From the NCBI GenBank assembly GCA_035416665.1, contig DAOLNQ010000001.1:158733-222732 (forward strand): 64,000 nt of DNA, in the 5' to 3' direction. Of this stretch, positions 40,788 to 49,651 are shown in pieces (positions within the stretch are counted from its first letter, which is position 1; every line of letters begins with the position of its first letter). The DNA is from Candidatus Saccharicenans sp. Lineage in GTDB: Bacteria > Acidobacteriota > Aminicenantia > Aminicenantales > Saccharicenantaceae. The position numbers and the translations under genes were made by a program. The notes beneath the pieces were generated by a model that saw only the letters and a program-made list of their open reading frames with translations, did no database searches and was not told the origin of the DNA.

Positions 40788-41741
40788 TTACTTTTTGAAC
40801 AAGATTCTTAACAAGTCTATCACCGGGTCCTTCTGACTCATGGTAAAAATATGAATTCCGGGAGCGCCTGCCTCCAGTAATTTTTCAGCCAGTTCCAGAC
40901 CAAACTTCAAGCCGGTTTTCTTCTCCTCTTCAGCCGTCCGGCAGGCTTCGAAAGCCTCGACCATGGCCGGTGGCAGGCTGACTCCAAAAGTGGCTGGTAT
41001 TTTTGCCAGCTGCTTTTGATTATAGAGCAGTTTAAAACCAGGTATAACCGGCACCTTTATCCCGGCTTTCTTTAAACGGCCAAGATAATTTTGATAAGTT
41101 TCGGCTGAAAAAAACATCTGGGTAATAATAAATCGGGCGCCGGCCTCAACTTTCTCCTGGAGATGTAACAGATCAAACTCCACGCTCGGCGACTCAGGAT
41201 GCTTTTCCGGATAACCAGCAACGCCGCAGCAAAAATCAGTCGCCGCCGCTGGTTTCGCTCCTTCCAGGTAATAACCGTGATTTAAATTATCAATCTGCCT
41301 GACCAGTTCACAGGCATGGGCGTGGCCGCCAGGCTCCGGTCTGAATTCTTTTTCCCCTGGTTGCGGATCGCCGCGGATGACAAATATATTCTCGAGTCCC
41401 AGATAGTGAAGTTCAAGCAGAGCATCTTCGAGTTCATAGCGGTTAAAACCGGCACAGATCAGATGCGGCACCGTTTCTACCCCGAATTTGTGCTTCAGGC
41501 TGGCCGAAATGGCTACTGTCCCCGGTCTTCGCTGGCGGCGGATCTTAATTTCCTGACCATTTTCGACCGACCACCCATTTTGAGGCTGGTGAAAAGTCAC
41601 ACTGATAAAGAGAGGATCAAATTCAAGAAAAGGATCAATCAGGTGATAGAGTTCCTCGACATTTGAACCTTTATCGGGCGGTAGAATTTCGAGCGACAGA
41701 ACTGGCTTTTTTCTGCCGATCAGGGCTTCGCTTACTTTCAT
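40788..41741 (-). CDS. metF: 5,10-methylenetetrahydrofolate reductase
   Basis: MetF-family TIM barrel (LSLEILPP..., FISVTF..., HLICAG). AGGAGG RBS. Confidence 0.85.
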   Translation of the reverse strand: MKVSEALIGRKKPVLSLEILPPDKGSNVEELYHLIDPFLEFDPLFISVTFHQPQNGWSVENGQEIKIRRQRRPGTVAISASLKHKFGVETVPHLICAGFNRYELEDALLELHYLGLENIFVIRGDPQPGEKEFRPEPGGHAHACELVRQIDNLNHGYYLEGAKPAAATDFCCGVAGYPEKHPESPSVEFDLLHLQEKVEAGARFIITQMFFSAETYQNYLGRLKKAGIKVPVIPGFKLLYNQKQLAKIPATFGVSLPPAMVEAFEACRTAEEEKKTGLKFGLELAEKLLEAGAPGIHIFTMSQKDPVIDLLRILFKK

Positions 41742-42080
41742 TTCGCCTCCTGCTTTGAGATTCTAAAAAGAGAGAAATAAAACCGGTGCAAAAACTTATG
41801 GAGGGAATCCCGAACGCAGGAATGGCCGTTAAAGAAAGCCTTAGAAAGCCGCTGACAACAGACGAAAGCAGAATTTCAGGCTAATACAACCTGGGAAAGG
41901 AACCCGGCACAGGCTCTATTTTCAAGCCATTCCCGTGCCCGGGTTAGACATTATCATGGAGGAGCAAAATTCTTTGATTTTATAAGAAAAGAAGCGCTCT
42001 TTGGATGGAAAGTACATCAGGCTTCTTAAGATTTTTTCACCAAGGGAGTATTTACTCATGGTGGTTTTTAATTAACACAA

Positions 42081-42155
42081 GTTAGATTACCTGTCAAGAG
42101 GGCTTCCCCTGAATACGCAGAATTGACGGAATCTATTTAAAATGTTAGATTATCT
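42081..42155 (+). repeat. Two direct copies of GTTAGATTA(C/T)CT 63 bp apart, flanking a TTGACG-17-TAGATT promoter-like element upstream of the ALDH-like gene
   Basis: Read directly: copies at 42081-42092 and 42144-42155, with TTGACG at 42123-42128. Confidence 0.25.
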
Positions 42156-42195
42156 CTTCAACAAATATTAATTCAGCGAGCCAAATTAAGATAAA

Positions 42196-43869
42196 TTGAA
42201 AAAACAGGCCTATAATTTTCTAAAGCTTCAGGCCGAGCGAGACAAGGCGAGTAAGCAGGAGAGAGGAGAGCTTATTCAGCTGTTTCCGTCCGAGTCTGAT
42301 ATTCCCGAAAAATTCCGCCTGAATTCTAATCTCGACCAGCACCGGGTTCTCATCGATGGGCAGATTATTCCCTGGAAGGGGGCTCTAGCTGAGGTATTTT
42401 CTCCTATTTATATCAAAAACGGTGATTCCTTAGACAGAAAAAGGATTGGCTCGTATCCTGCAATGACCCGCCAGGCGGCACTGAAGGCACTGGATTCCGC
42501 CAGAAGGGCTTTTTCTTCTGGAAACGGAACATGGCCTTCATTTCCTCTCTCCAGGCGGATCGAATCGATTGAAAAGTTTCTGGAACGATTAGAAAACCAG
42601 AAAGAAAACATTCTCAGAACTCTGCTGTGGGAAATCGCCAAGCCTTACCATGAACTGGAAGATGAATTTGAAAGAACCAGGCAATATATTGAACAGGTAA
42701 TCAAGGTTGCCGGTCAGAAAGAAAAAGATTCCTTTCTGCTAAAAAAGGAAAAAGGAATCTTAGGCCTTATCCATAATGAACCCTATGGAATCGCTCTGTG
42801 TCTGGGACCGTATAACTATCCCCTTTTTGAAACTTTCAGCCTGGTTTTACCTGCTCTCTTAGCGGGTAATGTGGTGATAATCAAACCCCCCAAATTTGGA
42901 GTGTTGTTTTTTGACTTTTTGTTAGAAGCTTTTCAGGACTGCTTCCCGCCGGGTGCAGTGAACATCATTTCTGGCGATGGTAAAAAGATTATTGAACCGC
43001 TGATGAAAAGTGGAGAGGTAGATGTTCTGGCTTTTATCGGTTCAGCTGAGACTGCTAACCGCTTGATCAGTCTGCACCCCAGAAAAAATAGATTACATAG
43101 CTTATTGGGTCTCGGTGCAAAAAACGCGGCGATAGTTTTGCCTGATGCCGACCTCGATGTGGTTGTCGCGGAATCGGTTTTAGGAGCACTGGCTTTCAAC
43201 GGCCAGCGCTGTGCAGCTTTGAAAATATTTTTTGTGCATAAAGAAATTGAGGCAACTTTCAGAAAACGGCTGCTTGATGCCGTGAGCAAAATTAACCTGG
43301 GAATGCCCTGGATGGAAAGGGTAAGGATCACACCGATAGTTGACCCCGAGCGGCTTCCCTATCTGCATGAACTGGTCAGGGAGGCCCTCAATAAAGGAGC
43401 CAGGATAGGTAACAAAAATGGTGGAAGATCACTCGAATCAATTTTTGTCCCGGCTGTTTTGTATCAAGTCAATTCAAAAATGAGGATTTACTGGGAAGAA
43501 CAATTCGGACCAATTATACCCGTTGTCTCTTACCACGATATAAAAGAACCGGTAACTTATATCAGTAATTCTCCCTTCGGACAGCAGTTGAGCATTTTTG
43601 GTACAAAAACCAAGACATTGATAGAGCTGATTGATCTGGTCAAAAACCAGGTATCACGGGTAAATATTAATACCAAATGCCAGCGCGGTCCTGATCTTTT
43701 CCCTTTCACCGGTAAAAAAGATTCGGCTCACGGAGATTTTTCAATTTTGAATATCCTCGATTATTTCTCATCGCAAGCTGTCGTAGCAGCAAGAGAAACT
43801 GAGCTCAGCGAAGCTCTCTTCCAAAGCCTTCAACAACCAAAACATTTAGATATAAACCAGGGATCATGA
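42196..43869 (+). CDS. GapN-like aldehyde dehydrogenase-family protein (557 aa) with the general-base Glu of the ELGGK motif apparently replaced by Gly
   Basis: Colinear with non-phosphorylating GAPDH/ALDH: GPYNYP, AGNVVIIKPP, catalytic Cys in FNGQRCAALK, EEQFGP, and INTKCQRGPDLFPFTGKKDSAHG. The segment aligned to xLELGGKxxxIV reads SLLGLGAKNAAIV. Confidence 0.8.
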   Translation: MKKQAYNFLKLQAERDKASKQERGELIQLFPSESDIPEKFRLNSNLDQHRVLIDGQIIPWKGALAEVFSPIYIKNGDSLDRKRIGSYPAMTRQAALKALDSARRAFSSGNGTWPSFPLSRRIESIEKFLERLENQKENILRTLLWEIAKPYHELEDEFERTRQYIEQVIKVAGQKEKDSFLLKKEKGILGLIHNEPYGIALCLGPYNYPLFETFSLVLPALLAGNVVIIKPPKFGVLFFDFLLEAFQDCFPPGAVNIISGDGKKIIEPLMKSGEVDVLAFIGSAETANRLISLHPRKNRLHSLLGLGAKNAAIVLPDADLDVVVAESVLGALAFNGQRCAALKIFFVHKEIEATFRKRLLDAVSKINLGMPWMERVRITPIVDPERLPYLHELVREALNKGARIGNKNGGRSLESIFVPAVLYQVNSKMRIYWEEQFGPIIPVVSYHDIKEPVTYISNSPFGQQLSIFGTKTKTLIELIDLVKNQVSRVNINTKCQRGPDLFPFTGKKDSAHGDFSILNILDYFSSQAVVAARETELSEALFQSLQQPKHLDINQGS

Positions 43870-46800
43870 GTAAAGAGAAAACAACTGAAAATTTACAGTC
43901 AGCAATGAGCATTTCATCCGGGGGTGCTGGTGGAATAACCATTCCAGCCAGGCATCTCAGTCTTCTGGACTTGTTCACTGACTTTTATGGAACTCATAAG
44001 CGGCTAAAAGAATTTCTGGAAAAGTTTCATCAACCGCACACTCAGAGCGACCAGCTGGCAGAAGAACTCAGGGGAATCAGCCTCGGAGATTTCTACAAAT
44101 ACAACTTTAACGACCAGGGGCAGCTGGCCCTGCAAATCCTGGCTGAAATTTATGCCGAACTAATTAATCGGGAAAACAGCGGGCCGGTTAAAGAAAAAAT
44201 TATCGGCTATTTTTTTGAATATCTAAGGAAAATACTGGAGGACAGTAGAGAGCATCTCTCCCGAAATATCCCGGTTGTCCTCTGGGCTCTGGATTTCCTG
44301 CGGCAGAGACCTGAGGAAGAATCCGGATCGATGAAAAAAATCACCAGAGACCTGAAAGCTATTCTTAAATTTTTTATTGATGCCGGTCTGCAAGTTCCGG
44401 TCTATAATCTGGCAGAGCTAAGCTATCGCGCCTTTCGGGCATCTTTTAACTTCTGGCTGCAGCAGCCTGATCCGCTTCGTGAATTTATTGAGTTCAATGG
44501 GCAGGCCGAGGCCCGGGCCAGATATCAATCACTGGTCGCCCCGATCAGCCATGATCATCTACGGTTACTGTTGAGGCGGTTGGAAGAGGCTTTTCCCCCG
44601 GCCAGTTTGGAAAACTATGAGGCCTTTAAAATTTATTTAGAACTTCCCGATTACTATCAAATCGCCGACGGCTATCTAAGAATCGCCCACGAGCTAGAGG
44701 TGGCCCCCTTAGATAACCAGCGAGGAGAATCTTTCCATGTTGATTTCCTGTTAAAAATCATCAGCTTACCTGCCCTCCAGGACATTCATCGTGAAGCGCT
44801 GATGGAAATCAACCGTTCATTCGGCCGTGCCCTGGCAGAGAAATCCGCACCAGAAGCCGAAGAATTTATCAGAAAGATGTTCCAGGTGCTGCGGGAAAAC
44901 ACTGCCTCCAGCCACCATACTGAGACCATTTTTAGCTTTATTAATGCTGCCGCCCGGGAGGTCTTTAAGCTCAACCAGCATTCCCTGGTCAATACTCTTA
45001 TCGAGGAAATTATTCTTTTCGGATTTCAATCACCCAATATTCAAGGTACAACAACTGATTGGGAAGTAAAATTTAATCCTTGGCATATCAAGAATATTCG
45101 TTCCTGGCTCGAGATTATTAGGCTGAAGCCCCGCTGGACAAAACAGCTGCTATCAGCCTTGATCATCAACCTTAAAATCGGAGGCGTCTTTGTCCGGGAT
45201 ACTGATCTTTTGCAGAAAGATATTTCTGCCCTTCTAAATTCAGATATCACTCCTGCCTTTAACCTGATCATGCAACTGGCCAGACTGCTTCCGATTTTTT
45301 TCAATGAAATCAATGCTGAAGGCGAACTGCGGGAGGTCTCGATCCGCATGGATGACATTACTGGCCGCCGCGATCCCCTGATTCATTTTGTCAGAAAACA
45401 ATCTCATGTAGAAAGTAACAGTAGGCTTATTCCTTTTGTTGAGGCTATTGTTCGCTACTGGTATTCTGGAAACAAAGAAGACATCCGCCCCTTCCTGCCC
45501 GAGGAGGTTTATGAACAAATTGAAGGCTGTTCAGAGATATACGAAGGGATGCATAAAATCTTTAGGGTGCTCTACAAGGAGGTCCATCAGAATCCGCGCC
45601 TTTTTCTGCAGTGGGAACCATCTAAAATTCAGAGGATTATCCAGAAAATCCCCAAGGTAACAGACGACGATAAGGAAAAGGCTATTCTGGTCCTGCGTTT
45701 TTATCAATTGCTCTATAAAAAATACAACATTCATTATCAGGATGTGATCAAAAGCCTGCAATCTTCATATATTTTTGACCAACAGAAGCTGACCTCCTTG
45801 CAGAAAGCCCTCTTACGGAAAGATTATTACCAGAGTCTGGTTATACTTATGGATTTTCTGAGTCTCTTAAAAGAGCGTATTGTTTCTCCGGAAAAAACAG
45901 AAGCCTTTGAAGATATTTATCATAAAAGACACATTGCGGCCGGCATCCCGTCCATGTATGGTGTCTATCGTGAGCCCAAATTCGATGCTCTTGGCCTTTA
46001 TCTCAGGTTACAATGTCTGGCCAACGTCCTTCTGGAACAGCTCATCAATTCCCTCAATATCCAGTTCATCACCAAAACCACTCTGGTAAAAATTGATAAA
46101 TATCTTCGTCTGTTTATCAAGGCCCTTCAACTGGAAGGGATTTCCACAGAAGGGCTTGAATCAAAGACGAAATATCTCCAGGGAGCTCTCCAAATCAAAC
46201 GTTTTAGCCTCGATCAATACATTGATATCTTCCGTTTCATTTCCAGGGGTATCCAGGATATCATCCGGCTCTACTACATAGACCCTCATCAGGCCAATCT
46301 CCGGATAGTAATTCGGCAGTTTCTGGCCAGACAGTATGGTGATAAAATGACCAGCCTGTCCAGAGAGGAAGAGGAAGCAGCAGTCTATATGCAGACCGAG
46401 AATTTTCTGCGCTCAATTATTGCCTCAAGTTTTGGGCTGCAGACGCTCGATAACTTTATCAGCAATATTCTCAAAACACTTTGCGCTGAACAAGAGAAAT
46501 TCAAAACTCACAGCCACATGTTGAATATTCTGATGAGTTACAATCCAGAGATAATCATCACGCCTCTTTACAAGAAGCCACAAAAAAAAGATGACCAAAT
46601 TCTTCTTGGTAATAAAGGCTATTTTCTCAAGCAACTTTATTCTCTCAGTTTCCCCGTTCCCCCGGGCTTTGTGCTGACCACAGAAATTTTTAGATGCCTG
46701 GAGGCTATTCTTGGTTACCAGGAAATTTACCAGGATATGAACATGAGGCTCAAGCGCGAACTTAAAAAGCTGGAAAAAATAACCCGCCGGCGCTATGGTC

Positions 46801-48086
46801 ACCCTCAAAATCCTTTACTGCTGTCCGTGAGAAGCGGCTCGGCCATCTCTCTGCCAGGCATGATGAGCTCATTTCTGAATGTCGGTATCAATGAGGAAAT
46901 TGCTGAAGGTTTGAGTCAGAAAAAGGGCTATGCCTGGGCCGCCTGGGATTGCTACCGCCGTTTTCTTCAGTTCTGGGGTATGTCAGAGGGCCTGGACCGT
47001 GATTTCTTTGATGAAATCATCGATGATTTTAAGGAAAAATATAACGTCTCCAAAAAGCTATATTTCACTCCCGATCAAATGCGCGAGATCGCCCTTGCTT
47101 ATAGAAAAGCGCTCGAGGATAGTGGAATCGCGGTTGAAGATGACCCGCCTGAACAGCTGAGAAAAGCTATTTTCAAAGTAATTGAGTCCTGGCATTCTCC
47201 TCGAGCCAAATTGTACCGACAAGAAATGAACATTTCAGACAAGTGGGGGACAGCTGTTGTTGTTCAGTCGATGGTCTTCGGTAATCTGGACGAATGGTCT
47301 GGTTCAGGAGTTACCTTTACCCGTGATCCTAAGGGCCTGTCAAGTTCTGTTCTTCTTTCAGGTGATTTCATTTTCGGAGGTCAGGGTGACGATATAGTAG
47401 CCGGACTGGTAGAAACATATCCTATTTCCGAAGCTCAAAGGAAAAGCGAAAAAAGAGACAGCGAAATTTCTTTAGAAAACAAGTTTCCAGCTGTTTATGC
47501 CGAGTTGAAGCGCCTGGCAGAAATATTGATTTACGACCAGGGTTTCGGTCACCAGGAGATTGAATTTACCTTTGAAAATAATTCCAGGGAAGGACTGTAT
47601 ATCCTGCAGACTCGTGATATGCCGCCGCCGGAACGCTTCAAGTTGAAGTCTTTCACCAGAACACCCAAGCTGGAGAAGTCTCTGATCGGATATGGCATCG
47701 GTATTGGCGGCGGAGCGCTGTGCGGAAGAGCTGTTTTCTCCGAGCAGGAAATCAAATTTTTCAGCCAGAAAGAACCTCAGACCCCTTTAATTTTAATTCG
47801 CCCGGACACTGTTCCCGACGACATCGGACTCCTGCGGCAGGTTGACGGATTACTGACCGCTAAAGGAGGAAGCACTTCCCATGCTGCAGTTATAATTCCT
47901 CAGCTAAAAAAAGTTGGCGTAGTTGGTCTCAGGAACCTGAAAGTCTATGAGAAGAACGGCTACAGCCTGATCAACGGATACAAGATCAATAGCGGCGATT
48001 TTATCGGCATTGATGGCTGGAGCGGCTCTGTTTACCTCGGCAAGCACCAGATTGAAGAAAAAGCAATAACTCCCGCCCGAATATGA
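43866..48086 (+). CDS. 1406-aa protein with an N-terminal ~870-aa uncharacterised helical region and a C-terminal pyruvate-phosphate-dikinase-like ATP-grasp domain plus phosphohistidine swivel domain; the PEP/pyruvate TIM barrel is absent
   Basis: From about nt 46600 the protein is colinear with the PPDK N-terminus: LLGNKGYF, PLLLSVRSGSAISLPGMMSSFLNVGINEE, YRRFLQFWG, WHSPRAKLYRQEMNISDKWGTAVVVQSMVFGN, SGSGVTFTRDP, GLYILQTRDM. The His domain is at GLLTAKGGSTSHAAVI. The ATG overlaps the upstream TGA (ATGA). Confidence 0.8.
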   Translation: MSKEKTTENLQSAMSISSGGAGGITIPARHLSLLDLFTDFYGTHKRLKEFLEKFHQPHTQSDQLAEELRGISLGDFYKYNFNDQGQLALQILAEIYAELINRENSGPVKEKIIGYFFEYLRKILEDSREHLSRNIPVVLWALDFLRQRPEEESGSMKKITRDLKAILKFFIDAGLQVPVYNLAELSYRAFRASFNFWLQQPDPLREFIEFNGQAEARARYQSLVAPISHDHLRLLLRRLEEAFPPASLENYEAFKIYLELPDYYQIADGYLRIAHELEVAPLDNQRGESFHVDFLLKIISLPALQDIHREALMEINRSFGRALAEKSAPEAEEFIRKMFQVLRENTASSHHTETIFSFINAAAREVFKLNQHSLVNTLIEEIILFGFQSPNIQGTTTDWEVKFNPWHIKNIRSWLEIIRLKPRWTKQLLSALIINLKIGGVFVRDTDLLQKDISALLNSDITPAFNLIMQLARLLPIFFNEINAEGELREVSIRMDDITGRRDPLIHFVRKQSHVESNSRLIPFVEAIVRYWYSGNKEDIRPFLPEEVYEQIEGCSEIYEGMHKIFRVLYKEVHQNPRLFLQWEPSKIQRIIQKIPKVTDDDKEKAILVLRFYQLLYKKYNIHYQDVIKSLQSSYIFDQQKLTSLQKALLRKDYYQSLVILMDFLSLLKERIVSPEKTEAFEDIYHKRHIAAGIPSMYGVYREPKFDALGLYLRLQCLANVLLEQLINSLNIQFITKTTLVKIDKYLRLFIKALQLEGISTEGLESKTKYLQGALQIKRFSLDQYIDIFRFISRGIQDIIRLYYIDPHQANLRIVIRQFLARQYGDKMTSLSREEEEAAVYMQTENFLRSIIASSFGLQTLDNFISNILKTLCAEQEKFKTHSHMLNILMSYNPEIIITPLYKKPQKKDDQILLGNKGYFLKQLYSLSFPVPPGFVLTTEIFRCLEAILGYQEIYQDMNMRLKRELKKLEKITRRRYGHPQNPLLLSVRSGSAISLPGMMSSFLNVGINEEIAEGLSQKKGYAWAAWDCYRRFLQFWGMSEGLDRDFFDEIIDDFKEKYNVSKKLYFTPDQMREIALAYRKALEDSGIAVEDDPPEQLRKAIFKVIESWHSPRAKLYRQEMNISDKWGTAVVVQSMVFGNLDEWSGSGVTFTRDPKGLSSSVLLSGDFIFGGQGDDIVAGLVETYPISEAQRKSEKRDSEISLENKFPAVYAELKRLAEILIYDQGFGHQEIEFTFENNSREGLYILQTRDMPPPERFKLKSFTRTPKLEKSLIGYGIGIGGGALCGRAVFSEQEIKFFSQKEPQTPLILIRPDTVPDDIGLLRQVDGLLTAKGGSTSHAAVIIPQLKKVGVVGLRNLKVYEKNGYSLINGYKINSGDFIGIDGWSGSVYLGKHQIEEKAITPARI

Positions 48087-48099
48087 AACTCAGGCCATC

Positions 48100-49377
48100 T
48101 TATTTCATCATTTTGTGAACATAGACGGCTAAATCGCCCATCCGGTTGGTATAGCTTCCGTATTCATTGTCGTACCAGCCAAAAATCTTGGCATGAACTA
48201 CCGGAATCTTCAGGGTCTTAAGAGGAAAAGAATCCAGAACCTCCGGGGAAAGCCCGGGAATATGGGCGAGGTTAACATCAATAAAAGCCGTTCTGGTATG
48301 ATTAAATTGGCCCTCAATAACGATCGAAGCATTAATACCAGCTACGTCCGCTGAAACATTTTGTTCTTCCGAGTAAACAAGCAGGCGCTCCGGATCCTTA
48401 GCTTCAGCCTGTTTATAAATATCATTAATGGTCTCAGTATCAATATGGCTGATTTCCCCATCCTGTCCCATCTGGCTTTGAAAAGTCACGTTTAAGATAA
48501 TCAGTGACTCAGTCTTGGTAGGTATTCTGATAGAATCGGCCATGAACCCAATCTCTTTCACTTCTGGTATGGCCAGGGCCAGGGCTTCAGCCGCATTGGT
48601 GGAAGTCAGAATGATATTGTCCAGGATGCTCCTTGATTTTCTCAAATCTTTGGCTCCGGCCTTCGGAACGCTGTCCAGGACGCACTGAGAGTTTGTAACC
48701 GCATGCACGGTGGACATGGAGGCTGTCAGCATACAACGGGTCTTTTCATTTTCCAGAAGGGGTTTTATCATATGGGCCAGACCCGTAGTCGTACAGGAAG
48801 CAGCCGAAATCAGGGTATGCTGACCAGGATTGAAGGCCTGGTGATTTATTCCATAAATCAAGGTTACCGCATCTTCAGGCATCGGCAAAGCTTTATTTTT
48901 AATCTTGAAGGCAGCTGAATTGATGACTACCTTCGCTCCAGCCAGATGATGACCGCGGATGGCACCTTTTTCGCTATCCGGACTGGCGGTCGGGTCAAGG
49001 AATTCACCCGTGCACTCAGCCACCAGCTCAACTCCATAGTCCCGCCAGGAAATATCCTTAGGATTCCGGGCCTTCCTTAAAACTGTAACCGGGATTCCGT
49101 CTATAAGTAGTTTCCCCTCCTTTTCGTCAGCGATTTTGACGATCGGCTGGGCATTGATCCCGTATAAAAAGGTATGGATCAGCCCATAAGTTGAATCCTT
49201 CTCGATGGTTTGAGCCACTGCCTCCATGCCCATTCCGATTTCCCGGCCCTGATTGACAACGATTTCCTTAAAATATTTTCTCCCGACGTGATGCCACAAA
49301 GTAAGCTTGCCAATCCTTCCTAACCCGTTGATTCCCAGGACGGGTTTCTTCTCAGCAAAAAAATCAGTCCCGTTCAT
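48100..49377 (-). CDS. Divergent glyceraldehyde-3-phosphate dehydrogenase-family protein (425 aa, ~90 aa of insertions)
   Basis: GINGLGRIGK NAD loop, catalytic SAASCTTTGLAH, STVHAVT (His176 equivalent), RKSR (Arg231 region), and C-terminal WYDNEYGSYTNRMGDL. AGGAG RBS 7 nt before the ATG. Confidence 0.8.
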   Translation of the reverse strand: MNGTDFFAEKKPVLGINGLGRIGKLTLWHHVGRKYFKEIVVNQGREIGMGMEAVAQTIEKDSTYGLIHTFLYGINAQPIVKIADEKEGKLLIDGIPVTVLRKARNPKDISWRDYGVELVAECTGEFLDPTASPDSEKGAIRGHHLAGAKVVINSAAFKIKNKALPMPEDAVTLIYGINHQAFNPGQHTLISAASCTTTGLAHMIKPLLENEKTRCMLTASMSTVHAVTNSQCVLDSVPKAGAKDLRKSRSILDNIILTSTNAAEALALAIPEVKEIGFMADSIRIPTKTESLIILNVTFQSQMGQDGEISHIDTETINDIYKQAEAKDPERLLVYSEEQNVSADVAGINASIVIEGQFNHTRTAFIDVNLAHIPGLSPEVLDSFPLKTLKIPVVHAKIFGWYDNEYGSYTNRMGDLAVYVHKMMK

Positions 49378-49547
49378 TAACCTCTCCTTACAATATTTTT
49401 CCAGTCATGTCAGACTGGCTATTTTGCTATTTATAATAAAAAAATCAAACCATCTGTGAGGCACAGACCCAAAAATCCTTTTAGCAACACCACTGCCTTG
49501 AAAGACTATTTTCTTCTGGTATTGCTGCTGTCATCATTCTAACGGGA

Positions 49548-49564
49548 GACAGTTATTATAACTG
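49548..49564. promoter_or_regulatory. Perfect 8-1-8 palindrome ACAGTTAT-T-ATAACTGT about 170 bp upstream of the GAPDH-like gene (candidate operator)
   Basis: Read directly. It is embedded in an AT-rich putative promoter region. Confidence 0.3.
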
Positions 49565-49651
49565 TATAAACATCCTGAAAACAAGCAAAATCTATCTAAA
49601 CAATCCCTGTTGAAATTTTTGATAAAAATAATATTACAGGGATACAACCAG

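Noticed and set aside
41745-42000. Tested the metF leader for SAM-I, SAH and cobalamin riboswitch consensus elements
   Set aside because: I found no GGCAACC / AAGGUGCCAAUUCC (SAM-I) or B12-box-like core by eye. It is kept only as a low-confidence structured leader in the findings.
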